Shown here: positions 41,890 through 52,448 of the stretch, in pieces | How the letters are laid out: each line of letters begins with the position of its first letter | Numbering within the stretch: position 1 is the first letter of the stretch | Assembly (NCBI GenBank): GCA_963755915.1 | Contig: CAVWLP010000002.1 | Span: 4,416,001-4,480,000 of the forward strand | Length of the DNA stretch: 64,000 nt | Direction: 5' to 3' | Origin: an uncultured Phycisphaerales bacterium | GTDB taxonomy: Bacteria; Planctomycetota; Phycisphaerae; Tepidisphaerales; Tepidisphaeraceae | Program-made: the position numbers and the translations under genes | The notes under the pieces: model-generated | What the model saw: only the letters and a program-made list of their open reading frames with translations | Told to the model about the DNA's origin: nothing | Databases searched by the model: none

Positions 41890-43932
41890 TCAACCCGCAT
41901 CTTCCGCGGTCGCATCGACGGCCAATCCGGTGCGACCGGCGACTGTTGCAACCGTGGCGATGAGTTCGGACGGCTCGACCGGCTTTGCCAGGTGTGCCAG
42001 ATAACCGGCATGCAATGCCCGGGTGCGATCCTGCGATCTTGCAAATGCGGTGAGTGCTATCGCGGGAACTTTGCCGCCTCTGGCGGCGCCCAGGGTCCGG
42101 ACGCGCCGAAGAAGCTCGTATCCATCGATGTCCGGCATGCCGATGTCGCTGATGAGGACGTCCGGTTTGTGGCTTTCGACCAGCAAAAGCGCCTTGGCGG
42201 CTGAAACCGCGACGAAGACTTCGGCGCCGCATTCTTCGAGCACACGTTTGATCAGATCGCGAGCATCGGCATGGTCATCGACCACGACCAGCTTCAACGC
42301 CGAGAGGTCGGTCGTCTTGTAGGGCGATGAGATGGTCATCGGTATCGGTGGTTGGCGCGGCTCGCGTTCGTCAAGCTTGGGGCGAGACATCGTGGTGGGA
42401 AGGCGGACGGTAAAGGTCGTGCCATGGCCTTCGCCCTGGCTCTCGGCGGAGACGCTGCCGCCGTGGAGTTCGACCAAATGTTTTACGATCGCGAGGCCCA
42501 GACCCAGACCACCATACTTTCGCGTCGTTGAGGCATCCGCCTGGCGGAAGCGCTCGAACACGTGGGCAAGCGATTGGGGGGCGACGCCAATTCCGGTGTC
42601 GGCCACGCTAATGTGAACTTGAGAATCCACTTTTTCCAGAAGGATCTGAACTTTGCCACCGGTGGGGGTGAATTTGACGGCGTTGGCGATCAGGTTCCAG
42701 ACGACTTGCTGGAGTCGGTTGGGGTCGCCGGCGATGGGGCCGGCGGTGGGATCGAGCCGCTTTTCAAGCTTGATCTCTTTTGCCTCTGCGGCCGGTCTCA
42801 TGGTTTCGATGGCTGCCTCGACGAAGGCCACGGGTTCCACGGTCTGAACATCGAGGCGGACTTTCCCGGAAATAATCCGGCTCATGTCGAGGAGGTCTTC
42901 AATGAGTTGCGTCTGAGCCCGGGCGTTTCGTTCGATGACGTCGAGTCCCTCCTTTAAGTCTTCAGCGCCCATCTTTCCCCGCCGCATGACCTGGGACCAG
43001 CCGAGGATGGCGTTCAGCGGCGTGCGGAGCTCGTGCGAGAGGGTTGCCAAAAACTCGTCCTTCATTCGACCGGCCCGCTCGGCTTCGCCTCGAGCGGCCC
43101 GTTCGCTGCTGAGAAGCGCGGCGCGCTCTCTTTCGGCTTCCTTTTGTCTGGTCAAATCCTGGACAAAGCAGACAAACTTCACTTCATTTTCTTCCAGGTT
43201 GGCGATTCGAAGCAGCACGGGAACGCGGGTTCCATTTTTTCGGACATATTCCTTCTCGAACGGCGTGCAAGCGCCGCGATGGGCAAGTTCGACGAGCGCC
43301 CGATCGTCGAGATGCGCGTATTCGCCCGGCGTGATCTGCCGCCAGTTGATTCGTCCCGCCTCAAGGTCTTCGCGCGAGTAGCCGATGATTTTCAAATAGG
43401 CGTCGTTGGCTTCAAAGACGCGCTGGGCATCGCAAAATGTCATTCCGATGACATTGGACTCCATGATCCTGGTCATCCGCCGCTCGCCGCGGCGAATCCG
43501 CTCGATCTGCTCGCGAATCTGATACTGTCGTTCCCGCGCCCTGACGGCAGACTGCATGGCGCTGAGAACGGAACGTGCCGGAGCCGGACGCTCGAGAAGG
43601 GTTACGTTTCTCAGCAGGCGGAGCACGCGAGTAGCGACCGGAGACAGATTTCCCCCTCGCATCATCATGACCACGGGCAGGTCCGACCAGGACGGTTGTT
43701 TGTTGAGACTGTCCAGAAGCTCGTCGATGCCGTCATCGGTAACGGCGTCTTCGGTCAGGAGAACGGCCCCGGCTCCGGTTTCGATTTCTTTGGCCAACCC
43801 GCCCAGGCTCCCGCAGACGACGCATGCGAGCCCCGCCCTGGTCAATAGCGAGCGGGTAATTTCCGCGTCTCTCGCGGTGGGTGCCGCGAGCAGGACACGT
43901 TTTGCCGCCTGATTTTCAGGGTTTGTGACCAT
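41890..43932 (-). CDS. Hybrid sensor histidine kinase (atypical REC, PAS, HisKA, HATPase, REC)
   Basis: LSHELRTPL, NLIANAVKFT, DTGIG, GLGLGL, VLISDIGMP, KP. Confidence 0.93.
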   Translation of the reverse strand: MVTNPENQAAKRVLLAAPTARDAEITRSLLTRAGLACVVCGSLGGLAKEIETGAGAVLLTEDAVTDDGIDELLDSLNKQPSWSDLPVVMMMRGGNLSPVATRVLRLLRNVTLLERPAPARSVLSAMQSAVRARERQYQIREQIERIRRGERRMTRIMESNVIGMTFCDAQRVFEANDAYLKIIGYSREDLEAGRINWRQITPGEYAHLDDRALVELAHRGACTPFEKEYVRKNGTRVPVLLRIANLEENEVKFVCFVQDLTRQKEAERERAALLSSERAARGEAERAGRMKDEFLATLSHELRTPLNAILGWSQVMRRGKMGAEDLKEGLDVIERNARAQTQLIEDLLDMSRIISGKVRLDVQTVEPVAFVEAAIETMRPAAEAKEIKLEKRLDPTAGPIAGDPNRLQQVVWNLIANAVKFTPTGGKVQILLEKVDSQVHISVADTGIGVAPQSLAHVFERFRQADASTTRKYGGLGLGLAIVKHLVELHGGSVSAESQGEGHGTTFTVRLPTTMSRPKLDEREPRQPPIPMTISSPYKTTDLSALKLVVVDDHADARDLIKRVLEECGAEVFVAVSAAKALLLVESHKPDVLISDIGMPDIDGYELLRRVRTLGAARGGKVPAIALTAFARSQDRTRALHAGYLAHLAKPVEPSELIATVATVAGRTGLAVDATAEDAG

Positions 43933-43947
43933 GCGTTTTGCGCCGAT

Positions 43948-45435
43948 TTACGCATCGCTCAATTCAGAATTCACCTCGATAGGAACTCCGGTCAGAAGAC
44001 CCCGGAATTGCGTGAGCGGCCCACTTAGATGTATGCCTTTCTCATCGAAGGAAAGCTCCCGGATACTTTGTTCATGGGCGCCGCTCCGCTTTTTCACGAC
44101 CGAAATGGCCTTCTTTACCCGTCCTGAGTACTCAAAGTAACGGAGCAGAACGACCGAGTCAGCCAGATAACTGGTGTCGATGGGGGATTGCATGTTCGTG
44201 CCCACCATCCCGTGCTGGGCAACCACCATGAGCGTGGTGACGCCCCGCCGACCAAGATACGTCAAAAGCTCGTGCAACTGAGCGGTAAGGAATATCTCCT
44301 CGGGCATCGCATTCATATAGCCATTGAGGCTGTCGATGACGACGACACTGGCTTTGTCGGTCTCTACGGCTTCCCGCACCAGATAAGCGAATTCACCCGG
44401 TGAGAGTTCGGCGGGGTCGACTGATCGCACCCTCACCTGGCCTGCTTTGGCGCCCTGCTTGAATTTGATGCCCAGCGCCTCGGTCCGGGCCTCCAGAGTG
44501 TGGAGACTTTCATCGAACGCGAAGATGACGGAGTGTTCACCGCGGTCGGCGGCGGCCACGGCATACTGGACGGCAATCGTCGATTTGCCGGAACCGGCAG
44601 GTCCCATCAGAAGCGTACTGGTGCCGCGGTCCGGGCCACCGCCGAGCAGTTCATCGAGTGCCGATACTCCACTCTTGATTCGTTCGCGCTCGAACGGCTC
44701 ACTGTGTTCGGACGCCACCAATCGCGGAAATACCGTCAAGCCACCCGGGCTTATGGAAAAATCATGAAAGCCGCCCCGGTAATCACTCCCCCTGAACTTG
44801 ATCACCCGCAGCCTTCGACGCGCGGCGCCGTAGACGGGAGCAAGTTGCTCCAACGTGATGACCCCATGGGCAATACTGTGCAGTTGGAGATCCGAAGCTT
44901 CGGACGTGCGGTCGTCCAAAAGGAGTACCGTGCACTTGCGGCCAATGAAGAACTGCTTCAGAGCTAAAATCTGCCGACGATAACGCAACGAGTTTTGCGC
45001 CATGAGCCGCATTTCGGATAACGAATCAAAAACGATGCGAGTCGGATTCACCCGGGCGACGGCATCAAGCACGGCTTTGGTCGTTTCGCTAAGCTCCACC
45101 TCCGAGGGGTGATACATCGTCACTTGCTCATCAGTATCGAGGTCCTTCTCCCGGGCAATAAATTCGATGATTTCGATGCCGTCGAGGGACCAGCCGTGTG
45201 ATTCCGCTCCGGCGATGACTTCATCCCTGGTTTCCGAAAGCGTGAAATAGAGCGATTTTTCGCCATGCTTCGCGCCTTCGAGCAGGAATTGAAGCGACAG
45301 CGTTGTTTTTCCGGAACCGGGGTCGCCGTCCACGAGGTAGAGCCGGTGTGGAGTAAGGCCGCCGTTCAGGATGTCGTCGAGCCCCGGCACGCCCATTTTA
45401 ATCCGCACTGATTTGGCTTTACCGTCCGCCTTCAT
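43948..45435 (-). CDS. Double-domain KaiC-like ATPase
   Basis: Two RecA-like domains (GDPGSGKT, GPAGSGKS), RLRVIKFRG, SYLADSVVLLRY, VVKKRSG.H. Confidence 0.92.
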   Translation of the reverse strand: MKADGKAKSVRIKMGVPGLDDILNGGLTPHRLYLVDGDPGSGKTTLSLQFLLEGAKHGEKSLYFTLSETRDEVIAGAESHGWSLDGIEIIEFIAREKDLDTDEQVTMYHPSEVELSETTKAVLDAVARVNPTRIVFDSLSEMRLMAQNSLRYRRQILALKQFFIGRKCTVLLLDDRTSEASDLQLHSIAHGVITLEQLAPVYGAARRRLRVIKFRGSDYRGGFHDFSISPGGLTVFPRLVASEHSEPFERERIKSGVSALDELLGGGPDRGTSTLLMGPAGSGKSTIAVQYAVAAADRGEHSVIFAFDESLHTLEARTEALGIKFKQGAKAGQVRVRSVDPAELSPGEFAYLVREAVETDKASVVVIDSLNGYMNAMPEEIFLTAQLHELLTYLGRRGVTTLMVVAQHGMVGTNMQSPIDTSYLADSVVLLRYFEYSGRVKKAISVVKKRSGAHEQSIRELSFDEKGIHLSGPLTQFRGLLTGVPIEVNSELSDA

Positions 45436-45674
45436 GCTGTGCTCCCAAAAGTCATTTCTTGTCCGCGCCGGGTTCGGAAAGGTCTGCGCCGGTTCCGCTC
45501 GGGAACGCGGTAAACGCGATCAAAAAGACCGCAAAGCATCACAATCGGCGTCGGTAATCAGAAGCCTGACACGGAGTTGCGCCACCGCACTTTACTATGC
45601 TGCAGAAATGCCAACAACGGAAAAAGTCGTGGGGGAAAGGGGGAATTTGCTGCGGAGGGGCCGAGCGGCCCGTC

Positions 45675-46277
45675 TCAGCCCTGCGGCAACGGCTCATCCG
45701 CCTGCGCCGACGCGGCCACCGAAATCTTCTTTCCCTCCAGAATCCAGATGATGTTCCGCAGATAAACGAACGATCCAAACGCCTGGCCCAGCAGGCCGAT
45801 GGGGTCGCGGCGCCACATGAAATAGCTCAGCAGAAGCAGCGAGCCGACGAGGCTCATCCACCAGAACATGGGGGGGACGACGCTCGTGCCGTGGCGCTCG
45901 CTGACGATCCACTGGACGATCATCCGGCCGGTGAAGAGAAGCTGGCCGAAGAGGCCCAAGGAGAGCCAGAAAATGATGGTGCTGGAGCCGCCCCCGAAAA
46001 CGGAGGCGAGAGCGCCGGCGGTGGCGGCGTGGTAGGTCTGGTCGGTGAGCTCCTGGAAGCTCACGGGCTGCGGGGATTCGCCCGGATGACAAATAAAATA
46101 TTGGTACGATCCGTCGGCTTGGCGAAGGAGGTAGACCTGGGCGCGGGAGTCAGGCAGCCGCATGTCGGTGTGAACGGCGCCGGGGACCGGGGAATGCTGA
46201 CGGAACATCTCGACGGCGACGCCGCAGATGATGGCGACGAAGATGATCTCGCTGACGATCAGGTATAGACGGGACAT
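45675..46277 (-). CDS. Lipid-A-disaccharide synthase N-terminal (LAB_N) domain membrane protein
   Basis: GLFGQLLFTGRMIVQWIVSE....SVVP..FWWMSL.G...LL.Y...R.DPI.LLGQ. Confidence 0.85.
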   Translation of the reverse strand: MSRLYLIVSEIIFVAIICGVAVEMFRQHSPVPGAVHTDMRLPDSRAQVYLLRQADGSYQYFICHPGESPQPVSFQELTDQTYHAATAGALASVFGGGSSTIIFWLSLGLFGQLLFTGRMIVQWIVSERHGTSVVPPMFWWMSLVGSLLLLSYFMWRRDPIGLLGQAFGSFVYLRNIIWILEGKKISVAASAQADEPLPQG

Positions 46278-46348
46278 GGGGGCTGTTCCTCTGGATGAAT
46301 GCGAATGCCGAATTCCAAATGCCAAATGAAAGGCTAAGAAATACAGTC

Positions 46349-46843
46349 CTACGCCCGTTTTTGCATCTGCTCGGCCGCTTTCGCCGTTGCGGGGTCGGGG
46401 ACGAAAGTCGCGACGAACTGGCGGTTTTCGGCGGGGGTGAGAGGCATGTATTTGCCCGTCGCCTCCGCGATAAGATTCCCGAAATTGTCCTTGGCCGTCG
46501 CGGATGTGAGGATAAGTTTTGAGCGGCTCGACTCAACCCGCGCCGTGAATTTCAGCGGCTCGCGCAGGCGGGCCTTGCGGCGGAAACGCACGTTCATTTC
46601 GGCACAGACGCAAAACCGGTGGTTGGACCAGGAGGCGGCCCAGACCATGACTTCATCGAGAACGGTGGCAACGACACCGCCGTGGGTCATCGCGGAAAAA
46701 CCGATGTGATGGTCGTCAGGCGTGAATTCGGTGTGAACGACGCCGGTCGGGGGATCGACAAAGAGTCGCAGGCGCAGTCCTTTTGTGTTGGCCGGTCCGC
46801 AGACGACGCAGCCGGCGGTGTGGGGCAATTCAAGCGGGGGCAT
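46349..46843 (-). CDS. PaaI-family thioesterase
   Basis: CVVCG..N..GL, HGGVVATVLDE. Confidence 0.88.
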   Translation of the reverse strand: MPPLELPHTAGCVVCGPANTKGLRLRLFVDPPTGVVHTEFTPDDHHIGFSAMTHGGVVATVLDEVMVWAASWSNHRFCVCAEMNVRFRRKARLREPLKFTARVESSRSKLILTSATAKDNFGNLIAEATGKYMPLTPAENRQFVATFVPDPATAKAAEQMQKRA

Positions 46844-46846
46844 GGA

Positions 46847-48415
46847 TTAGGAAGATACCGGGTCGACAACGGCTTTAACAGCAAGGGCCAGCTCAGCCTC
46901 GGCGTTGTCGCGGGCCATGCGGCGGAGGACCAGCAGGCTGTTGAAGCCGACGTAGAAATATCCGCCGGCAAAGATGGCGAGGAAGGGAACGGCCTGGAGG
47001 CAGAACTGATAGCGGAGGCTGATGAAAATCCAGCTTGCCATGTAGCAGCCGAAGGCAACTTCGATGATCGGAAGCCCGAGCTTGCGCAAAGTGAAAACGC
47101 CGGGGCGGAGCCACGCGGTTTTTGCGAATCCGCCGACGCCATATTTCGGCGTGCGAATGAATTCGCTGGGCTTGCGGCGGATGGCGCCCCAGATGGCTTC
47201 GAGAACGGCCTGGCAGTTATTGAGGCTCACGCCGACGCCCAGCGCCATCAGCAATGGCATGTAGAGAACGGTTTTCCAGCCGGCGACTTTGCCGAGCAGT
47301 TCGCGCTGGCCGACGATGAAAAATGTGCTGGCGGAGCAAGTGGCGAGGATAAAGAGGCTGACGCTGAAAAGAGACTGGCCCCAATGCGTGTGCTCTTTCA
47401 GGGGGCTGTAGAAGCTGAGGAAGGCGGGATACATCAGCAGCGTGAGGAGGACCATCATGACGTAGACGATGGTGTTGGTCAGATGGAAGAAGGCCTCGGT
47501 TTTTACGCGCAGGGGAGATGCTTTGACCTTAATACGCGCGGGAGGAGCTTGATGGCGGTCTGGAAGCTGCCCTTGGTCCAGCGGTGGGCCTGCTGCTTGA
47601 AGCCGATCATTTCCGGCGGGAGCTCGGCAGGCGCAGAACTGGGGGAGGTAGACGAATTGCCACCCCTTCATCTGGGCGCGGTAGCTGAGGTCGAGGTCTT
47701 CGGTGAGGGTGTCGTGTTCCCAGCCACCGGCGTCTTCGATGGTTTTGCGGCGCCAGACACCGGCGGTGCCGTTGAAATGCATGAAGCGTCCGCTGCGGTT
47801 GCGGGCGGTATGCTCGATGACGAAGTGGCCGTCGAGGAAAATCGCCTGGCTCTTGGTGAGCAGCGACGCGTCGCGGTTGAGGTGGTCCCAGCGGACCTGG
47901 ACCATGCCGACTTTGTCGTCGGTGAAATAATCGAGGACGTTGTAAAGGATGTCGCGAGGAGGGACGAAATCGGCGTCGAAGATGACGATGAATTCGCCGG
48001 AGGCCTGGGGAAGCCCCGCGGCGAGGGCGCCGGCCTTGTATCCCTTGCGGTCGGCGCGGTGAATGTAGCGGACGGGATAGCCCTTCGCGACCCATCTTTC
48101 GCACGCTACCCGGGCGATGCGGGCGGAATCGTCGGTGCTGTCGTCGAGGACCTGAATTTCGAATTTTTCCAGCGGATAATCTATCTGGCAGGTGGCGTCG
48201 ATGATGCGCTCGGCGACTTCGCGCTCGTTAAACATCGGCAACTGCACGGTAACGAGGGGCAGCTCGTTAAATTGACTCTTGGGCTGGTAGTGTTCGTGGC
48301 GATGCTTCAGGTAGAGATAGACCAGGACGTAGCGGTGGAAACCATAGAGTGCCACGATCGCGAGGACGGACACGTAAATGAAAACCACTACATCGTCTGA
48401 AAAACGATCCACCAT
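46847..48415 (-). CDS. GT2 processive glycosyltransferase (cellulose-synthase-like); two compensating indels near 47630 and 47515
   Basis: [42 protein letters not shown] lies in the shifted frame between the two indels. Confidence 0.9.
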   Translation of the reverse strand: MVDRFSDDVVVFIYVSVLAIVALYGFHRYVLVYLYLKHRHEHYQPKSQFNELPLVTVQLPMFNEREVAERIIDATCQIDYPLEKFEIQVLDDSTDDSARIARVACERWVAKGYPVRYIHRADRKGYKAGALAAGLPQASGEFIVIFDADFVPPRDILYNVLDYFTDDKVGMVQVRWDHLNRDASLLTKSQAIFLDGHFVIEHTARNRSGRFMHFNGTAGVWRRKTIEDAGGWEHDTLTEDLDLSYRAQMKGWQFVYLPQFCACRAPAGNDRLQAAGPPLDQGQLPDRHQAPPARIKVKASPLRVKTEAFFHLTNTIVYVMMVLLTLLMYPAFLSFYSPLKEHTHWGQSLFSVSLFILATCSASTFFIVGQRELLGKVAGWKTVLYMPLLMALGVGVSLNNCQAVLEAIWGAIRRKPSEFIRTPKYGVGGFAKTAWLRPGVFTLRKLGLPIIEVAFGCYMASWIFISLRYQFCLQAVPFLAIFAGGYFYVGFNSLLVLRRMARDNAEAELALAVKAVVDPVSS

Positions 48416-48594
48416 AAGGCTCTAACGACGGGTTCCCTTGTGCCATCCTCCGTGCTAGCGATGACGGAGCGGATTGTAGAGGATTTACTGATTTTGTGTC
48501 AATGGGAGGTCCGCGCCGAACGGAACCACGTGGAGAGGCACTTTCCGGGCCGAATTCGTGGAAAACGTGATGCGCACCAAAATTCGCGCGTTTT

Positions 48595-49166
48595 TTATTC
48601 TTTGGGCGCTTCGGGAGAATTCTCGGCGGCGGGCTTTTCGTCAGCCGGTTTCGATGCCGCATCTTCAGGCTTGGTCTTCTTCAGTGCCCGGCCGGCGAAT
48701 TCGTGGCGGCGCTGGTTGCGTTTTCGGCGGAGGCCGGCACTGCGGCGGACGGTGCCGCGGGGGACGTTTTCCTCGGTGAGGAGCTGGAGGAGGACGAGCG
48801 ACCCACCGTCGCCGATGCGGAAATCGCTCAGCTTGATGATGCGGGTGTAGCCACCGGGACGATCGGCGAATTTGGGGGCGATGTCGGTGAAGAGTTTCTG
48901 GACAACAGTTTGGCCGGTGAATTCCTGGTCTTCATCGGTGAGCCGGCGGTCCTGAAGCACGGAGATGACCTTGCGGCGGCCACCAGGGTGTTGCGGCGGG
49001 CGAGGGTGATGAGCCGCTCAGCCATGGCGCGGACTTCCTTGGCCTTGGGAAGCGTGGTGCGGACTTTTCCGTGCTCAAAAAGGCTCTGGCAGAGATTGCG
49101 GCGGATGGCCTTGCGGTGATCGGAGTCAACGCTGAGCTGGCGGCCGAAGATTCGATGGCTACTCAT
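48595..49166 (-). CDS. rplQ: 50S ribosomal protein L17; apparent frameshift near 48980
   Basis: HRKA..RNL..SLFEHGKVRTTLPKAKE; DRPGGYTRIIKL..RIGDG. Confidence 0.93.
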
Positions 49167-49219
49167 GGCTGGTACCTGATTTCAATTCCAAATCTAAACG
49201 ATACTGATTACCCGCGTGA

Positions 49220-50338
49220 TTACTCCGTAGTGGACGTATCCGCTGCGCCGCTGGGCTGGGGCTCGTGGCCACCGGGGGCGGTCTCTTCGGTTTCGTCGTC
49301 CTCGTCGTCGTCGGGCATGGTTGCAGCGTTCTGCGGGGCGGCGTCGAGATCCATGCCAAGGCTCAGGCCCAGGTCGGCCAGCTTGCGCTTGACCTCGCGG
49401 AGGCTGGTCTTGCCGAAGCTGCGGACCTTGAGCAGATCCGAATCGGTCTTCTTGACCAGATCGCGCACCGTGGTGATCTTGGCCGATTCCAGGCAGTTGT
49501 TGGCTCGGACGGACAGATCCAGCTCCTGGATCGTCATGTTCAGCTTCTGCTGGAGATCGGGGTCGATCATCGCCTTGGTTGGCGTCGCGAAGTGCGGAAA
49601 TGGCGTCGTCGTTGGCGGTTTCGGTGCCCAGTTCGAAGTACTGGACGAAGGGGTTGAGGTGCTTGCGGAGAATCTTGCTGGCTTCGACCAGCGCCATTTC
49701 CGGAGTGAGCGTTCCGTTGGTCCAGATTTCGAGGATGAGGCGGTCGTAGTCGGTCTTCTGGCCGACGCGGGCGTCTTCCGTGGCGTAACGCACGCGGGTG
49801 ACGGGGGAATAAATGCTGTCGACGGCGATGAGCCCGATTTCCTGCTCCTCAATGTCGGCGATGTTTTCGGCGGCGGTGACGTAGCCGCGGCCCTTGGAGA
49901 CAGTCAGCGACATCTCAAAGGGAAGGTCTTCAGTGAGGGTGGCGATGACAGGTCTTTATTGACGATGGTGATCGACGGGTCGGACTCGATCATGCCGGCG
50001 GTGATGGCGCCGGCCTTGTTGGAGGTGAGCTTCATCTCCTTGTCGTCGTCGCTGTCGAGTTTCACGACGAGGCTCTTGACGTTGAGGATGATGTCGGTGA
50101 CGTCTTCCATCACGCCGGGGAGGCTGGAGAACTCGTGCTCCGCGCCCTTGAGGCGGATATGGGTGACGGCGGCGCCTTCAAGTGAGGAGAGGAGGATCCG
50201 CCGAAGGCTGTTGCCGACGGTGGTTCCAAATCCGCGTTCGAAGGGCTCGGCGACGAACTTACCATAGGTGTCAGTCGATACCTGCTCGTCGCGAACGACG
50301 CGCGAGGGCAATTCCAATCCACGCCAACGAATTCTCAT
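49220..50338 (-). CDS. rpoA: RNA polymerase alpha subunit; apparent frameshifts near 49950 and 49590
   Basis: [57 protein letters not shown]. Confidence 0.95.
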
Positions 50339-50479
50339 AAGATTTTTCTCCTGAAGCTGAGCATCCCGTCGGATCGCCGAAGTTTACCGCCCCAACCGTT
50401 AGGGGCCATCTGTCTTCAGCCTCGCCAAAGGGACACGGGTTAAATTTTCAGTTTATCTGTTTCGTTTCTCCGGATCGAA

Positions 50480-50507
50480 GCGCACCCCTGCGGGGTTGCG
50501 GCTAAAC
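50480..50507. repeat. Short REP-like repeat, copy 1
   Basis: GCGCACCCCTGCGGGGTTGCGGCTAAAC; related copies at 50957 and 52411. Confidence 0.65.
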
Positions 50508-50518
50508 AATTCGAATGA

Positions 50519-50932
50519 TTAAACGCGCCTCTTTTTGGGCGGGCGGCAGCCGTTGTGCGGCAGCGGGGTTACGTCCTCGATGCCGGTGATCTTCAGGCCG
50601 GAGTTCTGGAGATTCAAAATGGCCTGTTCACGGCCGGCGCCGGGGCCTTTGACTTTCACTTCCACCTCCATCATGCCGGCCTTCTTGGCGGCCTGGGCGG
50701 CGTTTTCAGCGGCGCGGCCCGCGGCGTAGGGGGTGCTCTTGCGGGCGCCCTTGAAGAATCCGCCCTTGCCGGCGGAGGCCCAGGCAATCGTCTCGCCGCT
50801 GGGATCGGTGATGGTGACGATCGTGTTGTTGAACGTCGCCTTAATGTGGGCGATTCCGCGCGTCACGCCTTTGCGGATCTTTTTCTTTTTGGCGGCTTTT
50901 GCGCCGGTGGCTGGTTTGGCTTGTTCGCTCAT
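50519..50932 (-). CDS. rpsK: 30S ribosomal protein S11
   Basis: [30 protein letters not shown]. Confidence 0.97.
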   Translation of the reverse strand: MSEQAKPATGAKAAKKKKIRKGVTRGIAHIKATFNNTIVTITDPSGETIAWASAGKGGFFKGARKSTPYAAGRAAENAAQAAKKAGMMEVEVKVKGPGAGREQAILNLQNSGLKITGIEDVTPLPHNGCRPPKKRRV

Positions 50933-50956
50933 TGTAGTTCTCGCTCAGACGAAATC

Positions 50957-50983
50957 GCGCTCCCCTGCGGGTCGCGGCTAAAC
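50957..50983. repeat. Short REP-like repeat, copy 2
   Basis: GCGCTCCCCTGCGGGTCGCGGCTAAAC. Confidence 0.65.
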
Positions 50984-50997
50984 AATTGTCTAATCTC

Positions 50998-51384
50998 TTA
51001 CTTGCCGAGTTCCTTGACGCCCTTCTTGCCGGCGACGGTTTTGCGCGGCCCTTTGCGGGTTCGCGCGTTGGACCTGGTGCGCTGGCCGCGGACGGGCAGG
51101 CTGCGGCGGTGGCGATTGCCGCGATAACTGCCGATGTCGCGCAGGCGGGCGATGTTCTGTGTCACGGTGCGGCGCAGGGCGCCTTCGACCTGGTAGTCGC
51201 GGTCGATGATGCCGATGATCTTCGCCAGCTCCTCTTCGCTGAGGTCCTTGGCGCGGCGCTGGAGATCGATGTTCAGCTCGCGAAGGATAATCCGGCTGTT
51301 GGTGCGACCGATGCCAAAGAGATATGTGAGGCTGATCCAGATCGGTTTGTCCGGCGGAATGTCGACGCCCGAGATACGCGGCAT
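50998..51384 (-). CDS. rpsM: 30S ribosomal protein S13
   Basis: [26 protein letters not shown]. Confidence 0.97.
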   Translation of the reverse strand: MPRISGVDIPPDKPIWISLTYLFGIGRTNSRIILRELNIDLQRRAKDLSEEELAKIIGIIDRDYQVEGALRRTVTQNIARLRDIGSYRGNRHRRSLPVRGQRTRSNARTRKGPRKTVAGKKGVKELGK

Positions 51385-51388
51385 ATTT

Positions 51389-51502
51389 TTATCCCTGCTT
51401 CTGCTTATGTTTGGTGTTTTTACAGATCACGCGCACGACGCCTTTGCGGCGCACGATCTTGCAGTTTTCACAAATCCTTCTGACGCTGGCGCGAACTTTC
51501 AT
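51389..51502 (-). CDS. rpmJ: 50S ribosomal protein L36 (Zn-binding form; absent from the ORF track)
   Basis: Hand translation [37 protein letters not shown]. Confidence 0.96.
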   Translation of the reverse strand: MKVRASVRRICENCKIVRRKGVVRVICKNTKHKQKQG

Positions 51503-51578
51503 GGAAGACTACCCTGCAAAAAACTTTCCTGCTCTGCAATCGTCGAATTGTCCATTTTAGCCGAATGATTTCGTTTCC

Positions 51579-52400
51579 TCAAGTCCCGGTGGGGGCGGGA
51601 ATTGGCGCGGTCTCCGCGGCGACGCGGCCGTCGGTAAGAATATCCACACCGGTGTCTGTCACCGCGACGGTATGCTCGAAATGCGCCGCGGGCATGCGAT
51701 CGACCGTAAATACCGTCCAGCCATCGCGATACAAATCAACGTCGCGCCGCCCGGCGACAACCATCGGCTCCACCGCCAGGGTCATCCCCCGGCGGAGCAC
51801 GAAATCTCCGGTCAACTGCTCGGCGGTGACGAAATTGGGGACCTTGGGCTCCTCGTGCATTCCCCGGCCGATGCCGTGGCCGACGAATTCGCGGACGACG
51901 TTGTAGCCATTTTTCTCGACGAAATGCTGGACGAGGCGGGCGATGTCGGACCATTTGCGGCCCGGACGCATGTTCTGAAGCGCCAGGTCGAGCGATTGGC
52001 TGGTGACGTCGAGGAGACGCTGGAGGGCGGGGCTTATGTGGCCGATGCCGACGGTTGTGGCGATGTCGGCGCAGTAGCCGTCGAGGGAGAGGGCCAGGTC
52101 GAGGGTGACGACGTCGCCGTCTTTAAGCGTGCGCGGGCCGGGGACGCCGTGGACGACCTCTTCGTTAATGCTGATGCAGGTGTGGCCGGGGAAGCCTTCG
52201 CCGGGGCGGTACGTGGGATAGTTCTTGGAAAGCGCCTTGGCGTTGTGGCGATCGAGCTCGACGCGGGCGAGATCGTCCAGCTCCTGGGTGGAAACGCCGG
52301 CAGAGGCGGCCTGACGCATTTTGTTGAGGATGTCCCAGCCGAGGCGGCCGGCGCGCCGCATGCGTTCGATTTCGAAGCGGCTTTTAATGATGATGGGCAT
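51579..52400 (-). CDS. map: Type I methionine aminopeptidase
   Basis: CISINEEVVHGVP, GHGIG..MHEEP, AVEPM, AHFEHT. Confidence 0.96.
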   Translation of the reverse strand: MPIIIKSRFEIERMRRAGRLGWDILNKMRQAASAGVSTQELDDLARVELDRHNAKALSKNYPTYRPGEGFPGHTCISINEEVVHGVPGPRTLKDGDVVTLDLALSLDGYCADIATTVGIGHISPALQRLLDVTSQSLDLALQNMRPGRKWSDIARLVQHFVEKNGYNVVREFVGHGIGRGMHEEPKVPNFVTAEQLTGDFVLRRGMTLAVEPMVVAGRRDVDLYRDGWTVFTVDRMPAAHFEHTVAVTDTGVDILTDGRVAAETAPIPAPTGT

Positions 52401-52410
52401 GGGAGAGAAA

Positions 52411-52437
52411 GCGCTCCGCTTCGGGTCGCGGCTACAC
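52411..52437. repeat. Short REP-like repeat, copy 3
   Basis: GCGCTCCGCTTCGGGTCGCGGCTACAC. Confidence 0.6.
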
Positions 52438-52448
52438 GAGGATCAATA

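Noticed and set aside
43948-45435. A true circadian clock
   Set aside because: No kaiA or kaiB in the window and a non-canonical phosphosite region.
46294-46330. Short AATGCC/AATTCC-type tandem repeats
   Set aside because: Only 4-5 degenerate 6-7-nt units with no spacers; too weak to assign a function.
3460-49950. About 14 frameshifts as pseudogenes or programmed frameshifting
   Set aside because: They hit essential rpoA (twice) and rplQ, and most are repaired by adding one base to a homopolymer or one GC/CG dinucleotide. This is the pattern of long-read consensus errors; no slippery-site context is evident.
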